Shown: positions 1 through 14,797 of the stretch, in pieces
Layout of the letters: each line of letters starts with the position of its first letter
How positions within the stretch are numbered: position 1 is the stretch's first letter
NCBI RefSeq assembly: GCF_009914755.1
Contig: NC_060927.1
Length of the DNA stretch: 64,000 bases
Origin: the human T2T-CHM13v2.0 reference genome, Homo sapiens
Direction: 5' to 3' (one strand)
Notes under the pieces: model-generated
Databases searched by the model: none
What the model saw: only the letters and a program-made list of their open reading frames with translations
Told to the model about the DNA's origin: nothing
Position numbers and translations under genes: made by a program

Positions 1-210
1 GTGGATTCTGTTGTTACTACTAATTATAGATGACAAAATTGAGGCTTAGAGAGAGTTATGGCGAGGTTAGTGATTACAATTTGAATCCAGGTCTATCTTC
101 CTCTAGTGCCTTCTCTCTTAAGCCCTTACAATATTGCTCTCAATATGATGAAGTACATCTGAATACAGACTGGACAAGAAATAACTTTAAAGTGTATATA
201 ATAGCACTAT

Positions 211-490
211 TTTTTTGAGACGGCCTTGCTATGTTGTTCAGACTGGAGTACAGTGGCGCAATCATGGCTCACTGCAGCTTAGACCCTCTGGGCTCAAGTG
301 ATCCTCAGCCTAGTAAGTAGTTGGGCCTACAGGCACATGCCACCATGCCCAGCTATTTTTTTTTTTTTTTTTGTAGTAACAGGGTCTCACTGTGTTGCCC
401 AGGCTGGTCTTGAACTCCTGGGCTCAAGCAATCCTCCCACCTCAGCCTCCCAAAGTGCTGGGAGTACAGGCATGAGCCACCTTGCCCAGC
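211..490 (-). repeat. Alu (AluJ-like)
   Basis: Antisense Alu dimer with T-tract. Confidence 0.9.
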
Positions 491-960
491 TATAAACCAA
501 ATTCTTTAAAAATAATTTTATTTTTATTTTTTCTTTTAAATTTTGGGTTTAATAATAATTTTTAAACCATTTCAATTCTTGTTCTCCTAAACTATGTATC
601 TTAGGAGAGTCCTAGAGTTCCAAAAAAGAGAGGAAATGGTCACAAAATAAAAGGAAAAGAAAAGAAGGAAAGAGACTAGCATTTAATGAATGCTTACTGT
701 ATACTTAGCATCTTGTCAGGGACCAACTTAAGTTCATAGTTCCACATATTCTGTAATCTTCCTTTTTAAAAAAATAGGGTATTTCTTTATCTTCTACTTT
801 TCCATGAACAACTGTCTTGCTCATAGTTCCTGAAGATAATTATTTACCAAAGGTTGTTTTTGTAATCCTAAATGCAAGAGTTTTGATGCCTTCACATGTA
901 ATTCATCTGGACCTTAGAACTTGGAAATAATCAAAACACTGATATATGTTCTTTTCTTTT

Positions 961-2434
<1,474 letters not shown>

Positions 2435-2555
2435 TCAGTTCTCTTAATCATGATCATTCTGCCTTTTCTAGAATCAAATGTGAATCTCATTAGTAGAAAA
2501 GGTAAAAACAAAATAGGAGTCATTAACTTTTGTTTGCTCATTGTCGTCTTTTTAA

Positions 2556-2918
<363 letters not shown>

Positions 2919-4704
2919 TAGCTTTCCTGACAGTATCCTTAACATTTCACATCATTTTTCATATCTGAAAATATAGTGAAGTGGGCCCATTAATCTGTGC
3001 GTTTAAAGCAACAAGGATTTGTATTGAAAACCTCTGATTAAACAAATAATGCATGCTAATGGTAGAAATTTGGAAAAATATAGAAAACTTCAAAGAACAA
3101 CAGTAATAACCACTGTTGACCTTTTAAACATAATTTCTTAAAATGCTTACTTAATTATACACATTTTAAATTTTTATGCCTATTAATATTTATATATTTA
3201 AAGGTACATATATGTCTGTATCTTATTTTTAAAACATTTAAAGTTACTGATTTTATCATTCATATGGCAGCTGGATTTAGGTCAGAAAATGTTGAATATT
3301 AATACTTAAAATACCATATATTATTTATTAAAGATTTATGGAGATAGCATTTATGATATGATTTATGGATAAATCATTCCTTTGGTCAAGATGTTTCACC
3401 TTTGACTTAAGGCATTTTTGAAGCCTCACAAGTTTCTATTTCTTGATAAATTTATAGACTACTACTCTGAAAATGAAGTATCTTTATTCATTTTAAAGCC
3501 TACAATAAACTTATTTTAACTGTAATCACAGTTGCATTTATAGGTACTGGTATTCAAAAGGTAATTTGTCACCATGGAGAATTTGCTTCTTTGTAATTTT
3601 TATTTTTTTGATGTCTCCAGCATACTTCAAGATTATTAAACATTCATAATCTTAACCGAAAATATAGGTACATGGTAAACATGGAATCAATATTTTTGAA
3701 TGCATAATTGTTTCATGAAATATTATAAAGAAGATGAAAAGAGGTAGGTCAGTGGATTTTGTCGATTTGAGTTTTTATTGTTCCTTCAAATAGGCGTTTC
3801 AGGAGATGGTCCACAGTTAAGAGAGTAAGTAGGGATAAAGGCACGATTGTAGGCCATTCTTTTTACCTGATTTGAAGTCACATACTTCTAATCACACAAC
3901 TCCATTCGAAGAAGCTAGCTAATGTTTTCAAAGTTCAAATTAAGATCTGGGTGACAGACCTCTATCCTGGAAAGATCATTTTATGTTATTACTATGCACA
4001 AGTAAAGTAATCTAAGTTTTAAAATGGGATTGATGCTCCTAGAAGCAGAAATTATTTTATGTTCTCAACTGCTATATGAATTTTAGAGAAATGACCAGAA
4101 GACTAAGATGGCAGTGTTGTATTCATTTTTAAAGATAGGCAAGAAGACGCCAAGTAAAGAGAAGATAGCTTAGAAAGAGCTCAGTGTCAATCAATAAATC
4201 TTGTAGCAATAATGCTTACTTTAATTTTTTATTCAATTTTAGTCACATCAAAAACTTTGTGGGGCTAAATTGTCCAAAATCTTTGATTTATTCATATTTA
4301 TGATATAAAATTTAAAATCTGATCATTATAAAAATCCTCAATTAGTAACATGGGAAAAATTGTATTCTATGATAGAAATCCAAGAATTTAAGGGCCATTT
4401 GGCCACATTACCTCCTCCATTCCTCTTTCTCTCTACATTGCATCCTGGGATCTTGGCACAAAACCAAGGTAATTTCCAGAAATTGGCAGTGCCCTGCCAA
4501 ATGCACAGCTGCTGCTGTCTCCAACTCTTGCCTACTAATTTTGCACAAACCACTTCCTCCTCTTGGGGCCAAGAAACTCAGAAGGTAGGGAAAGTGTTCC
4601 TCAAGGGCAGATACGGGAGCACTTCCTGCACCCTTTGCGGATCGGGACCTGTTGTAAGGGCGGCAGTAGCATCACCTCACCTACAGACCTTCCCGGAGTA
4701 CTTT

Positions 4705-4705
4705 C

Positions 4706-4740
<35 letters not shown>

Positions 4741-5066
4741 GTTTTGTTTTGTTTTGTTTGTTTGTTTTTGTTTTGTTTTCGAGGCGGAGTCTCCCTCTAT
4801 TGCCCAGGCTGAAGTGCAGTGGCAGCATCTCGGTTCACTGCATTCTCCACCTCCTGCCTGGGTTCAAGCAATTCTCCTGCCTCAGCCTCCCGAGTAGCTG
4901 GAATTACAGGCGCCTGCCACCATGCCCAGCTAATTTTTTGTAGTTTAGTAGAGATGGGGTTTCACCATGTTGAGCAGGCTGATCTCGAACTCCTGACCTC
5001 AGGTGATCTGCCTGCCTCAGCCTCCCAAAGTGCTGGGATTACAGGCATGAGCCACCGCACCTGGCT
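4705..5066 (-). repeat. Alu with tail converted to (TTTTC)n(TTTTG)n
   Basis: Antisense Alu; TSD AGTACTTTCTTTT. Confidence 0.9.
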
Positions 5067-6337
5067 CCCATAGTACTTTCTTTTGATAAGGGTGCCATTC
5101 CAAACTTGCCCTTTATCCCTCCAATGTTCCTTGTCTTTTTCCCTTTGACTCTCAACATTCAAAAATCTTGCCCCACTTCCTTTCTGTCTCCTTCTAATTT
5201 ATACTAGTTTTGATTTCTTATGAATTGAAAGGACCAAACAATCAGTTCCCATGAGGGTACCTGAGCCAGATTTGCACAGGGAGAGAGGAACTGAGAGGGC
5301 AGAAGACAGCCAGAGATAGTGGAACCACCTGTGTTCCCGCAGTTTCCACCTAACAGTCTCTTCACTGTGCAGTGGCAGCGTGTGGGTGTACATACAAACA
5401 CAGGTAAAACTTAGGTATTTTTAGCTTCCTACACTCTTCTTAAATGTAGAGTCAGCTCTGATCATATTTGAATATAGCCATGGTGATGATTTTTCTTTCC
5501 CTTTGTTCTTGTACCTCTCTATTTCTCTGCCTTTGTTGGGACCCGTTGGACTAGATATTCTTGGTGAGCATGAGGGAAGCCTATTTGACTACACATCTTT
5601 ATACACCCTTGAGGTTTACCTCACCTCTGCCTACTCTGAGAGCAGTCAGTGGGTAGCCTCCTGCTGGCCTGTGGATAGGCGCAGGGTCACCCCGCTAGGT
5701 AGGCACTAGTGTTTCCTTGGGAATAGTTTTAGTGCATCTAGAATAGCACTGGGACTTGCTATTGTTTTTGTCATCAGTGGCCATGATACCACGGCTATTT
5801 GTTTCTCTTCAAATAAACAAACAACCATGCTAGTGGAAGGAGCTGGGCTGAGGAAGGAGGACTCATCTCAGCTCTGCCACTGGTCAGATGTTATATTAAG
5901 CAAGTCGACAATCTCTCTGAAATTTGATTCTCATATGTGAAATAAGTAGGTTGAACCATATTCCTTGATTGTCCTGTTTTCCCCTGATCTCTTAAATATC
6001 AAACGCGTATGATGACTGTGATTAGACTCATTCTCATGCCAATGGGAACAGGTCCACTTTACATTCATCCTTAACCTGTTAGAGATAGGAAAAAAATTAC
6101 AAAACAAACATGTGTTTTTCTAACTTTCTGTGTATGAGCCCATCCTAACATTATGTATTGGGCAGAAGTTCGGGATAAAAAATTGACAAAGTAGAAATTT
6201 ACGAGGAATTAATATAAAGTCTGATAGTTTGATTCAAAAAAATAAATCACACAAGTAAGTGTTTGGCTGAAATTCACATATATATTTGGGTATGCAATTC
6301 ATGTGAGCCAATAGCACGTAAGACTTGTGCTGTATAG

Positions 6338-6875
6338 CAGGGGTTCCCAACCTCCAGGCCATGGTCTGGTACCAGTCTGTGGCCTGTTAGGAACTGGGCG
6401 GAACAGCAGGAGGTGAGCAGCAGGTGGGTGAGCGAGCAGAGCTTCCTCTGTGTTTACAGCCACTCCCTGTCACTTGCATTACCACCTGAGCTCCACCTCC
6501 TGTCAGATCCATGGGGCATTAGATTCTCATGGGAGCACAAACCCTATTGTGAACTGTGCATGCGAGGGATCTAGGGATCTAGGTTATGTGCCCTTTATGA
6601 GAATCTAATGACTAATGATCTGTCACTGTCCCCCATCAGCCCCAGATAGGACTGTCTAGTTGCAGGAAAACAAGCTCAGGGCTCCCACTGATTCTACATT
6701 ATAGTGAGTTGTAGAATTACTTCATTATGTATTACAATGTAATTATAATAGAAATAAAGTACACAATACATGTAATGCACTTGAACCATCTTGAAACCAT
6801 CCCCCCTGCCTGGTCCGTGGAAGTAGTGTCTTCCACAAAACTGGTCCCTGGTGCCAAAGAGGTTGGGGACTGCTG
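6338..6875 (+). mobile_element. MER1A hAT-Charlie DNA transposon
   Basis: CAGGGGTTCCCAACC...GGTTGGGGACTGCTG termini; perfect 8-bp TSD CTGTATAG (6330-6337, 6876-6883). Confidence 0.9.
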
Positions 6876-8069
6876 CTGTATAGGATAACCAAGAGTCCTG
6901 GCAGCCAAGGCAGACCGGAAGTAACTGCTGAGTCACTGGCTAGGTCAGATAGTATGAAATCAGCAGTCTTAAAAGAGATGAGGCAGGGCAAGGTCAGAGA
7001 GGCCAAAGGCAGGAGACAGCTCAAGGTTGTGGCAGGTGATCAGCCAGAAAGTATAATGAGGAGATCAGTAATGTCAAAGCTCAGAGATGAGCACGAAAAG
7101 AACAGGGGAGGGGAGGCTGGAGTGGGTGGAATGGTGTCTGTAACAAAGGGCTCCAGTTTTTCTTCTTTCTTCCCCCTGCCCCAACCTTATATTCCCAGGG
7201 AGCTTCTCAAGGCCTAGATTTCTCCATACCCTATAATTTAAGTGCCTCTTAACCTAACCCCGTCCAGTTAAAGTGATCTCTCTGGTTTGTTAGGAGGGAA
7301 GAATCACCTGCACTGTATCGTAAGCTTTCAGAGCCCACGTGTGGCAGCAGGAGTTACCCTTGCTGCACACTGCTCCCCCACATTAGCCACTGCTGTTTCT
7401 GGGTCAGCAGCCCCATCACGCACGCTCTGGTCATTCCCGCTTCCCTGCCTCTGCCAGTGCTCTTGTTCGCCCCTGATTTCCTTCCGTCTGTCACACGCCT
7501 TACCTTTAAAGGTCCATCTCAAATCCTACCTCTTTTAGCATTGTTCCCATCTCTCTTGGCTCTGTAGAACGGAATATGGCTCACTTGTCATGGGGGATGA
7601 TGGCAGGAGGTTATTCCTTCAGTGTAATTATTAGTTCTGTAAGTAGTCTGTGAGCTTCAACAGGATAGGAACCATGTCTTCAGAGATTGCCTGGTACAGG
7701 AGAGAATGTCATGATTAGGGAAAATAACCCGGTATTTCATCCCGGCTCTGTGACCTTTAGCATCTACCTCTTTGTAGGCCTTCATTTCCTTCCATGAAAA
7801 ATAGGGATAATCATTCTGTGTTCTGGATTCCTTACCTAGGGATCAAAAACTTAGATCAAATGATCACAGATAACAGCATTTTTTAACCTGGAAAGCACTC
7901 TATGAAAGTGAGGAGTCATAAAATGTTCCATCGTGTTGTAAAAAAGGCAAAGGATTTGGGGAATCTGAACTTTGAGCTAGATTTTAATTCCTGCTCTATT
8001 ACTTACTGAGTATATTACTTTAGAGAAATTTCTTCTCTTGTGAAATAGAAATGACATTATTACAAGGAT

Positions 8070-8266
8070 TATGGTGCTGGAGCTGGCTTATACACCAACT
8101 TTTAAGAGCCAATTGTCAAATATTTAGAAACTTTGCAAGCAAGTTGTTAAACTTTTATTAGCTTGAAATCTGCTGTGGTGGGAATATTTACACCAGGGAA
8201 ATGAGCAAACACTACAAACCAGATTGCTGTTGTTTTGGAAAGAGCTGATTTACCAGTATATTGCTG
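8070..8266. mobile_element. MER63-type hAT-Blackjack fragment
   Basis: GGTGCTGGAGCTGGC...GCTTGAAATC...GTGGGAATATTTACACC...TTTACCAG resembles the MER63A consensus. Confidence 0.6.
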
Positions 8267-8397
8267 ATTATGTAAACAGCCTTCTGTAAATTGTAAAGCA
8301 CTTTGTCTTACTTATTATTAAAAATAGTAATGGTAACAGTAACGTTCTATATCCACAGAATCTAGGCTAGTGCATGGCACAATTCTCAGTATATATT

Positions 8398-8601
8398 CTT
8401 TTTTCTTTTTTGAGACAGGGCCTTGCTCTGTTGCCCAGCCTGGAGTACAGTGGCACAAACACAGCTCACTGCAGCCTCGATTTCCTGGGCTAAAGTGATT
8501 CTCCCACCTCAGCCTTCCACCCAAGTAGCTGACACTACAGGCGTATGCCACCATGCTTAGCTAATTTTTGTATTTTCTGTAATTTCTGTATTTTTTGTAA
8601 T
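8398..8601 (-). repeat. Truncated AluJ-like element
   Basis: Antisense right arm; TSD AGTATATATTC. Confidence 0.8.
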
Positions 8602-8769
8602 GTTTGTATTTTTTGTACTTTTTGCCATGTTGTGCAGGCTGAGTATATATTCAATAAACACATTTTGAATTTAGCTTTATGATTTGGAAACTTCTGCCCC
8701 TGTGATAAATGAGCCCCATCTTTATCTTTCTTCCAATCTCTCTCTACAAAGTGTCTTTTTAAAATCAGA

Positions 8770-10590
8770 TAGCATCAGTAAAAGCCTAGCTCCCTAGCTC
8801 AGTGCATGATGCATAGTAGGCCTTAAATTCTGTATGTCCATAGTTGAGCTAATCGTCTTCTTTCCCAACCTTTCTTTCTGGCATTTCATATCTCAGTTAT
8901 TGACATTGTCTGTCTATTCATTATTCCAAATAAGTGATTTGAAAAGTCTTCCTCTCCCCTTTTTCTTTACCCACATCCATGTCTAATCAATTACTAGATC
9001 TTACTAATTCTACCTCTTAAATCTTTCCTGTTCTCTTCACTGCCATTGCTAACTGACTTATTCAGGTCCAAGTCATTTCTTTTTGAACTGTACCTTCTAA
9101 CTGGACCTTTAGTCTTTCCCTTTGAATCTAACCTCTACTTCTATAGACGTGATTTTAATTTATCTGACCAGATTACTCCCTTGCTTAAAATTCCTTAATG
9201 GCTCTCTGTTGTCATGAGGATAAAACCCCAAAGATTTAGCTTGTCATACAGGCCTACCATAATCTAGCCTTTGCCTACTTTTTCTAAGAGTTATCTCCTG
9301 CTGTTTCCCCATACTACCTGGAATGCCTAGTCTTTCTTTCCTAGTGACCATTAATTCACCCCTCAAGACTCAATTCAAGCAAAACTTCTTCTTATAACAT
9401 CTCTAGACACATTTTATATTTATTTTTCTGAGCTCCCATTGCATCTTTTACATATCTTTGTCCCATATCTAACTATGTGGCCGTTATCTATCGGTCTTTC
9501 CTTCTGGATTGTGATTTCCCAAAGGGTAGGAACCTATGGACCATTTACTAATGCCTAACACACTGCATACCATGTAATAGGAGCTCAGTGAATGAATAAG
9601 AATTCAGAGGAAAGGATATTTTCCTCTCCCTCTCCCTCTCCCTCTTCTCCTTCTTCTTCTTCTTCTTCTTCTTCTGATGGAGTCTCACGCTGTCGCCCAG
9701 GCTAGAGTGTAGTAGCGCAATCTTGGCTCACTGCAACCTCCGCTTGCTGGGTTCGAGCAATTCTCCTGCCTCAGCCTCCTGAGTAGCTGGGACTACAGGC
9801 ATGCACCACCATGCCCGGCTAATTTTTTGTATTTTTAGTAGAGATGGGGTTTCACCATGCTGGCCAGACTGGTCTCGAACTCCTGACCTCATGATCTGCC
9901 CACCTTGGCCTCCGAAAGTTTTGGGATTACAGGCGTGAGCTACCACGCCAGCCAAGGATACGATGTTTTCATTGGTTCACTAATACAAGCTATTCATGGG
10001 ATATGGTAATGAATAAAAGGCTTAAAATTTAGGTCTCAGTTATGAAGATAAGAAAATAATAAAATTGAGAGGGTCTATTTTAATCCATAATCCGCAATAT
10101 AAGATACTATGGCTCCCCATCACCTTCAGTATAAAATCTCAAACTCAGCCTGGCATGCAAAGCTCCTTATAGTCTAGTCCCTACCTATCTGTCCATTCAT
10201 GTCTTTCTGCATGCACTTATATATAGCCTACATTCCAGCCACTTTGGATTTCTCATCTGTTCTATAGTCTTTCAAGCTTCCATGCCCTCCTTCACAGTTT
10301 CCCCCACACCTGTAATACCTTCCCCCTCTTCCTTCACTCACACCTTCCTGACTTGCTTAATGAATGCCTACACTTCCTTCAAATGGATCAAAAGTTACCA
10401 CCTTTGAGCACCTTTCCCTGAAACTATTCCTCCCTCTTCTGTGCTCTCAGAGCACTTACTTGATTGATTATAAGCACTGTTCTGTCATTTTTTGTTGGTC
10501 TTTCTTTTACCCCCTCTGCAAAATGAGGTCATCTTCATACCCTGACCTCTAGCATATTCTAGATGCTTAGTACAGAGTGAAGGAAGGAAT
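8770..10590. mobile_element. L2 fragments interrupted by an Alu (9620-9953, -)
   Basis: CTTAAAATTCCTTAATGGCTCTC...GGAGCTCAGTGAATGAAT L2-like 3' motifs. Confidence 0.55.
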
Positions 10591-10645
10591 GACTGTTACA
10601 AAGGGATTTAAAAAGAAAGTACATTTCTGATAAGAACATACTTTG

Positions 10646-10955
10646 GGCTGGGCGCAGTGGCCCATGCCTGTAATCCCAGCACTTTGTGAGGCAAAGGCAG
10701 GTGGATCACCTGAGGTCAGGAGTTTGAGACCAGTCTGGCCAACATAGTGAAATCCCGTCTCTACTAAAAATACAAAAAAAAAAAAAAATTAGCTGGGCGT
10801 GGTGGTGCGTGCCTGTAATCCCAGCTACTCAGGAGGCTGTGGCAGGAGAATTGCTTGAACCTGGGAGGCGGAGGTTGCAGTGAGCCGAGATCACACCACT
10901 GTACTCCAGTCTAGGTGACAGAGCGAGACTCTGTCTCAAAAAAAAGAAAAAAAAA
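10646..10955 (+). repeat. Alu (AluS-like)
   Basis: GGCTGGGCGCAGTGG...A-tail; TSD AACATACTTTG. Confidence 0.92.
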
Positions 10956-11370
10956 CATACTTTGAATAAATTTAAGATTGACTATGCGTGATCTGGCCAA
11001 TCTAGAACAAATCTTCACTTTTAAAGGTTAGGTGGCCACAAGAAATGGTGCTAATGGACAGATCAGAAGCAAAGAACAAGTTTAAAGAGCTAGGGCTTAG
11101 TTGTGTTACCCCAGATTTGGTGCAGTATAATAAAAACAAATTTTATATCTTAGAAACTTGTCTTGTCACAGACACATGACATTTATCTCCATGACTTAAT
11201 GAATGCCTTATAAAGTGACGCAGTGCCCCAGTGGATAAGACACGAAAGCAAAGAGAAAAGATGAGTAGCAACTTATAACACAGGATGTAGTTTGTACTAA
11301 AGATGTGTATATCAGAACAACTAAATTTCCCTTGTAGAAAGGGAAACATTCTTTTCTGATTAAAAAGATA

Positions 11371-11710
<340 letters not shown>

Positions 11711-12147
11711 TTACAACAATATAAACCTCCCCCAAATCTAACCACCTAAAATTAACTGTTGTTAGTTCCTTGGATTTTTTCCTTGAAGTCTTTTTTCTTG
11801 TATGTATGTCCTTTTAAATAAATTTCTAAGTTAATGTTGTATATATTGTTCTAACCTGTTTTTTATATTAATGTGTCATGGATATTTTGTCATGTTCATA
11901 AATACTCTTCCACAGCATAATTTTTCATTGCTGCACTCATTTCCATCACATGGACTAACCCACAGGTTAACCAATCCCCATTGTTTCAGTTTTTTTTAAT
12001 GCAAACAGAAGTGTCGTAGTGTGCATACTAAAGAAAGGATGATCTCTTATCTCCCTCCTGTTTTTCTCAGGTTTTGGAGCCCTCTCTTAAGTCAGAACTC
12101 TGTCCCAAAAATCTTCTGAGTGTCATCTCAGGACTTTGGTTATACTC

Positions 12148-12180
12148 ATGGCACGATGGCCAACTTTCAGGAGCACCTGA
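12148..12180 (+). promoter_or_regulatory. Out-of-frame upstream ORF overlapping the MAP3K13 start codon ([10 protein letters not shown])
   Basis: ATG at 12148, 8 nt before the main ATG; stop TGA at 12178-12180 lies inside the CDS. Confidence 0.55.
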
Positions 12181-12630
12181 GCTGCTCCTCTTCTCCACAC
12201 TTACCCTTCAGTGAAAGCAAAACCTTCAATGGACTACAAGATGAGCTCACAGCTATGGGGAACCACCCTTCTCCCAAGCTGCTCGAGGACCAGCAGGAAA
12301 AGGGGATGGTACGAACAGAGCTAATCGAGAGCGTGCACAGCCCCGTCACCACAACAGTGTTGACGAGCGTAAGTGAGGATTCCAGGGACCAGTTTGAGAA
12401 CAGCGTTCTTCAGCTAAGGGAACACGATGAATCAGAGACGGCGGTGTCTCAGGGGAACAGCAACACGGTGGACGGAGAGAGCACAAGTGGAACTGAAGAC
12501 ATAAAGATTCAGTTCAGCAGGTCAGGCAGTGGCAGTGGTGGGTTTCTTGAAGGACTATTTGGATGCTTAAGGCCTGTATGGAATATCATTGGGAAGGCAT
12601 ATTCCACTGATTACAAATTGCAGCAGCAAG
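12156..12630 (+). CDS. MAP3K13: MAP3K13 exon 2, coding part (exon starts at 12071; 5'UTR 12071-12155); N-terminal 158 aa
   Basis: Acceptor tttttctcag|12071; ATG at 12156 in strong Kozak context (acgATGg); MANFQEH...[24 protein letters not shown]; donor aag|gtaagc. FGCLRPVW matches the segment of DLK known to be palmitoylated. Confidence 0.96.
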
Positions 12631-13025
12631 GTAAGCTAGAATATGGACTTGGAAGATATTTCTTGTGTAAACACACCATCACCACCACCGTCACCACCAT
12701 TAGCTGGATAACCTATGACCTTTGGGCAAATTAAAGAACTAGTGACAGATGAATACCTCATTTCAGTTTCCAGTAGACCAGCTGAAGGGAAGAGATTCAC
12801 ATTTGGTGGGTCTTTTTTGGTTGTAGCCCATCTTTTGTGGTCATCCAGTCTAGCGGTGTCCAAAGTACAGTACATATAAAACAATCCATGGGATTATAAG
12901 AAGAAAATATTAGAGATCATGTTTATCTCATCATTTAAAATTTCTATTGTCATACATTTTCAGATATATTTCATATTTTAATATAGCTGTGCAGATATAT
13001 AATACATAAAGAAATCATGCAGTGG

Positions 13026-13780
13026 CCACATATTTAAAATTTTTTGCCAGGTGCAGTGGTTCACACCTATAATCTCAGCACTTTGGGAAGCTGAGGCAGG
13101 AGGATTACTTGAGCCCAGGAGTTTGAGGCTACAGTGAGCTATGATGGTGCCACTGCACTTCAGCCTGGGTGACAGAGTGAGACTGTTTCTCTAAAATAAT
13201 TAATTAATGGATAAATAAAAATAAATTTTAAAAAGTTTACTGATAACTTATACAATCAAAAAAATCTGATGGCTGCTGGACCAATTTAAAACCAGACAGA
13301 AGCCACATGGTAATGCCCCTGAAGATTGTAGGGCTTAGATTATAGTAAAACTTAGATTATAGTAAAAAGGAGTTATTTTCTTACAATAAAGGCATAGAAA
13401 GCTTACATTTTGAGGAAATGACAAAATATCTAACCAATCTTGAGAAGCATTATTATTTCTAGATCACACAGCTTTTAAAAAAAGGAAGTTTTGTTGGGCG
13501 TGGTGGCTCAAGCCTGTAATCACAGCACTTTGGGAGGCTAAGGGGAGCGGATCACCTGAGGTCAGGAGTTCAAGACCAGCCTGGCCAACATGGTGATACC
13601 CCGTCTCTATTAAAAATACAAAAATTAGCTGGGCATGGTGGTGTGCACCTGTAGTCCCAGCTATTTGGGAGGCTGAGGCACAAGAATTGCTTAAACCCAG
13701 CAGAGGCTGCAGAGAGCCAAGATCGTGCCACTGCATTCCAGCCTGGTTGATACAGTGAAACTCTGCCTCAAAAAAAAAAA
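13026..13780 (+). repeat. Alu monomer (13026-13200) and Alu dimer (13493-13780)
   Basis: Sense Alu consensus motifs with A-tails. Confidence 0.85.
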
Positions 13781-13884
13781 AATTAAGTTTTTAACTCCCA
13801 TCATTGTGTAACAATATATTCAATATTCTAATTCAAATATTAATATTACACTTTTGAAGCCCTGGTGTTCTTTATAACCTCATT

Positions 13885-14207
13885 TTTTTAAACTTTTATT
13901 TTAGGTTCAGGGGTACGTGCGCAGGTTTGTTATATAGGTAAACTTGTGCCATGGGGATTTACTGTACAGATTATTTCATCACTCAGTATCCAATAGTTAT
14001 TTTATCTGATCCTCTTTCTCCCCCCACCCTCCACCCTCACGTAGGCCCCAGTGTCTGTCATTCCTCTCTTTGTGTCTATGTTTTCTCATCATTTAGCTCC
14101 TGCTTGTAAGTGAGAACATGTGATATTTGGTTTTCTGTTCTTGCATTAGCTTGCTAAGGGCGATGGCCTCTGACTCTGTCCATGTCCTCGCAAAGGACAA
14201 GATCTTG
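13885..14207 (-). mobile_element. 5'-truncated L1PA 3' end
   Basis: TTTTAGGTTCAGGGGTACGTGCGCAGGTTTGTTATATAGGTAAAC L1 3'UTR signature; 12-bp TSD TATAACCTCATT (13873-13884, 14208-14219). Confidence 0.85.
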
Positions 14208-14420
14208 TATAACCTCATTAATATTCTTCAAAGTAACTTTTTTTTCTGATAACAAAAGTAATATACGTATGAAATTTGGAAAATACAGGTAAGCTCCAAA
14301 AAAATTTTAAAATAATCTATGATCCTCCATCTCCTGAGAATAACCATTAATGTTTTCATTATATATTAGGTTAGTCTATTTGTGTATGTGCGTGTATACT
14401 TTTAAAAAATGGAGTCATAC

Positions 14421-14797
14421 TGTATTAATCCATGTTCACACTGCTCTAAGGATCTACCTGAGACTGGGTAATTTATGAAGAAAAGAGGTTTAATGGACCC
14501 ACAGTTCAGCAGGCTTAACAGGAAGCATGGCTAGGAAACCTCAAGAAACAGGATCATGGCAGAAGGCGAAGGGGAAGCAAGAAGGTCTTACCATGGCAGA
14601 GCAGGAGACAGAGAAGGGGCAAGGGCCACACATTTTCAAACAACCAGATCTCGTGAGCACTCACTCACTATCACCAGAACAGCAAGGGGGAGATCCGCCC
14701 CATGATCCAATCACCTCCCACCAGACCCCTCCCCTGACTCGTGGGAATTACAATTCGAGATGAGATTTGGGTGGGAACACAGAGCCAAACTATATCA
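14421..14797 (-). mobile_element. MST-type MaLR solo LTR
   Basis: TGTATTAATCC...GAGACTGGGTAATTTAT...GAGATTTGGGTGGGAACACAGAGCCAAACTATATCA; 5-bp TSD CATAC/CATAT. Confidence 0.85.

Noticed and set aside
12120-12155. N-terminal extension of MAP3K13 suggested by the ORF track
   Set aside because: Starts at GTG, not ATG; the ATG at 12156 has strong Kozak context and matches the known N-terminus.
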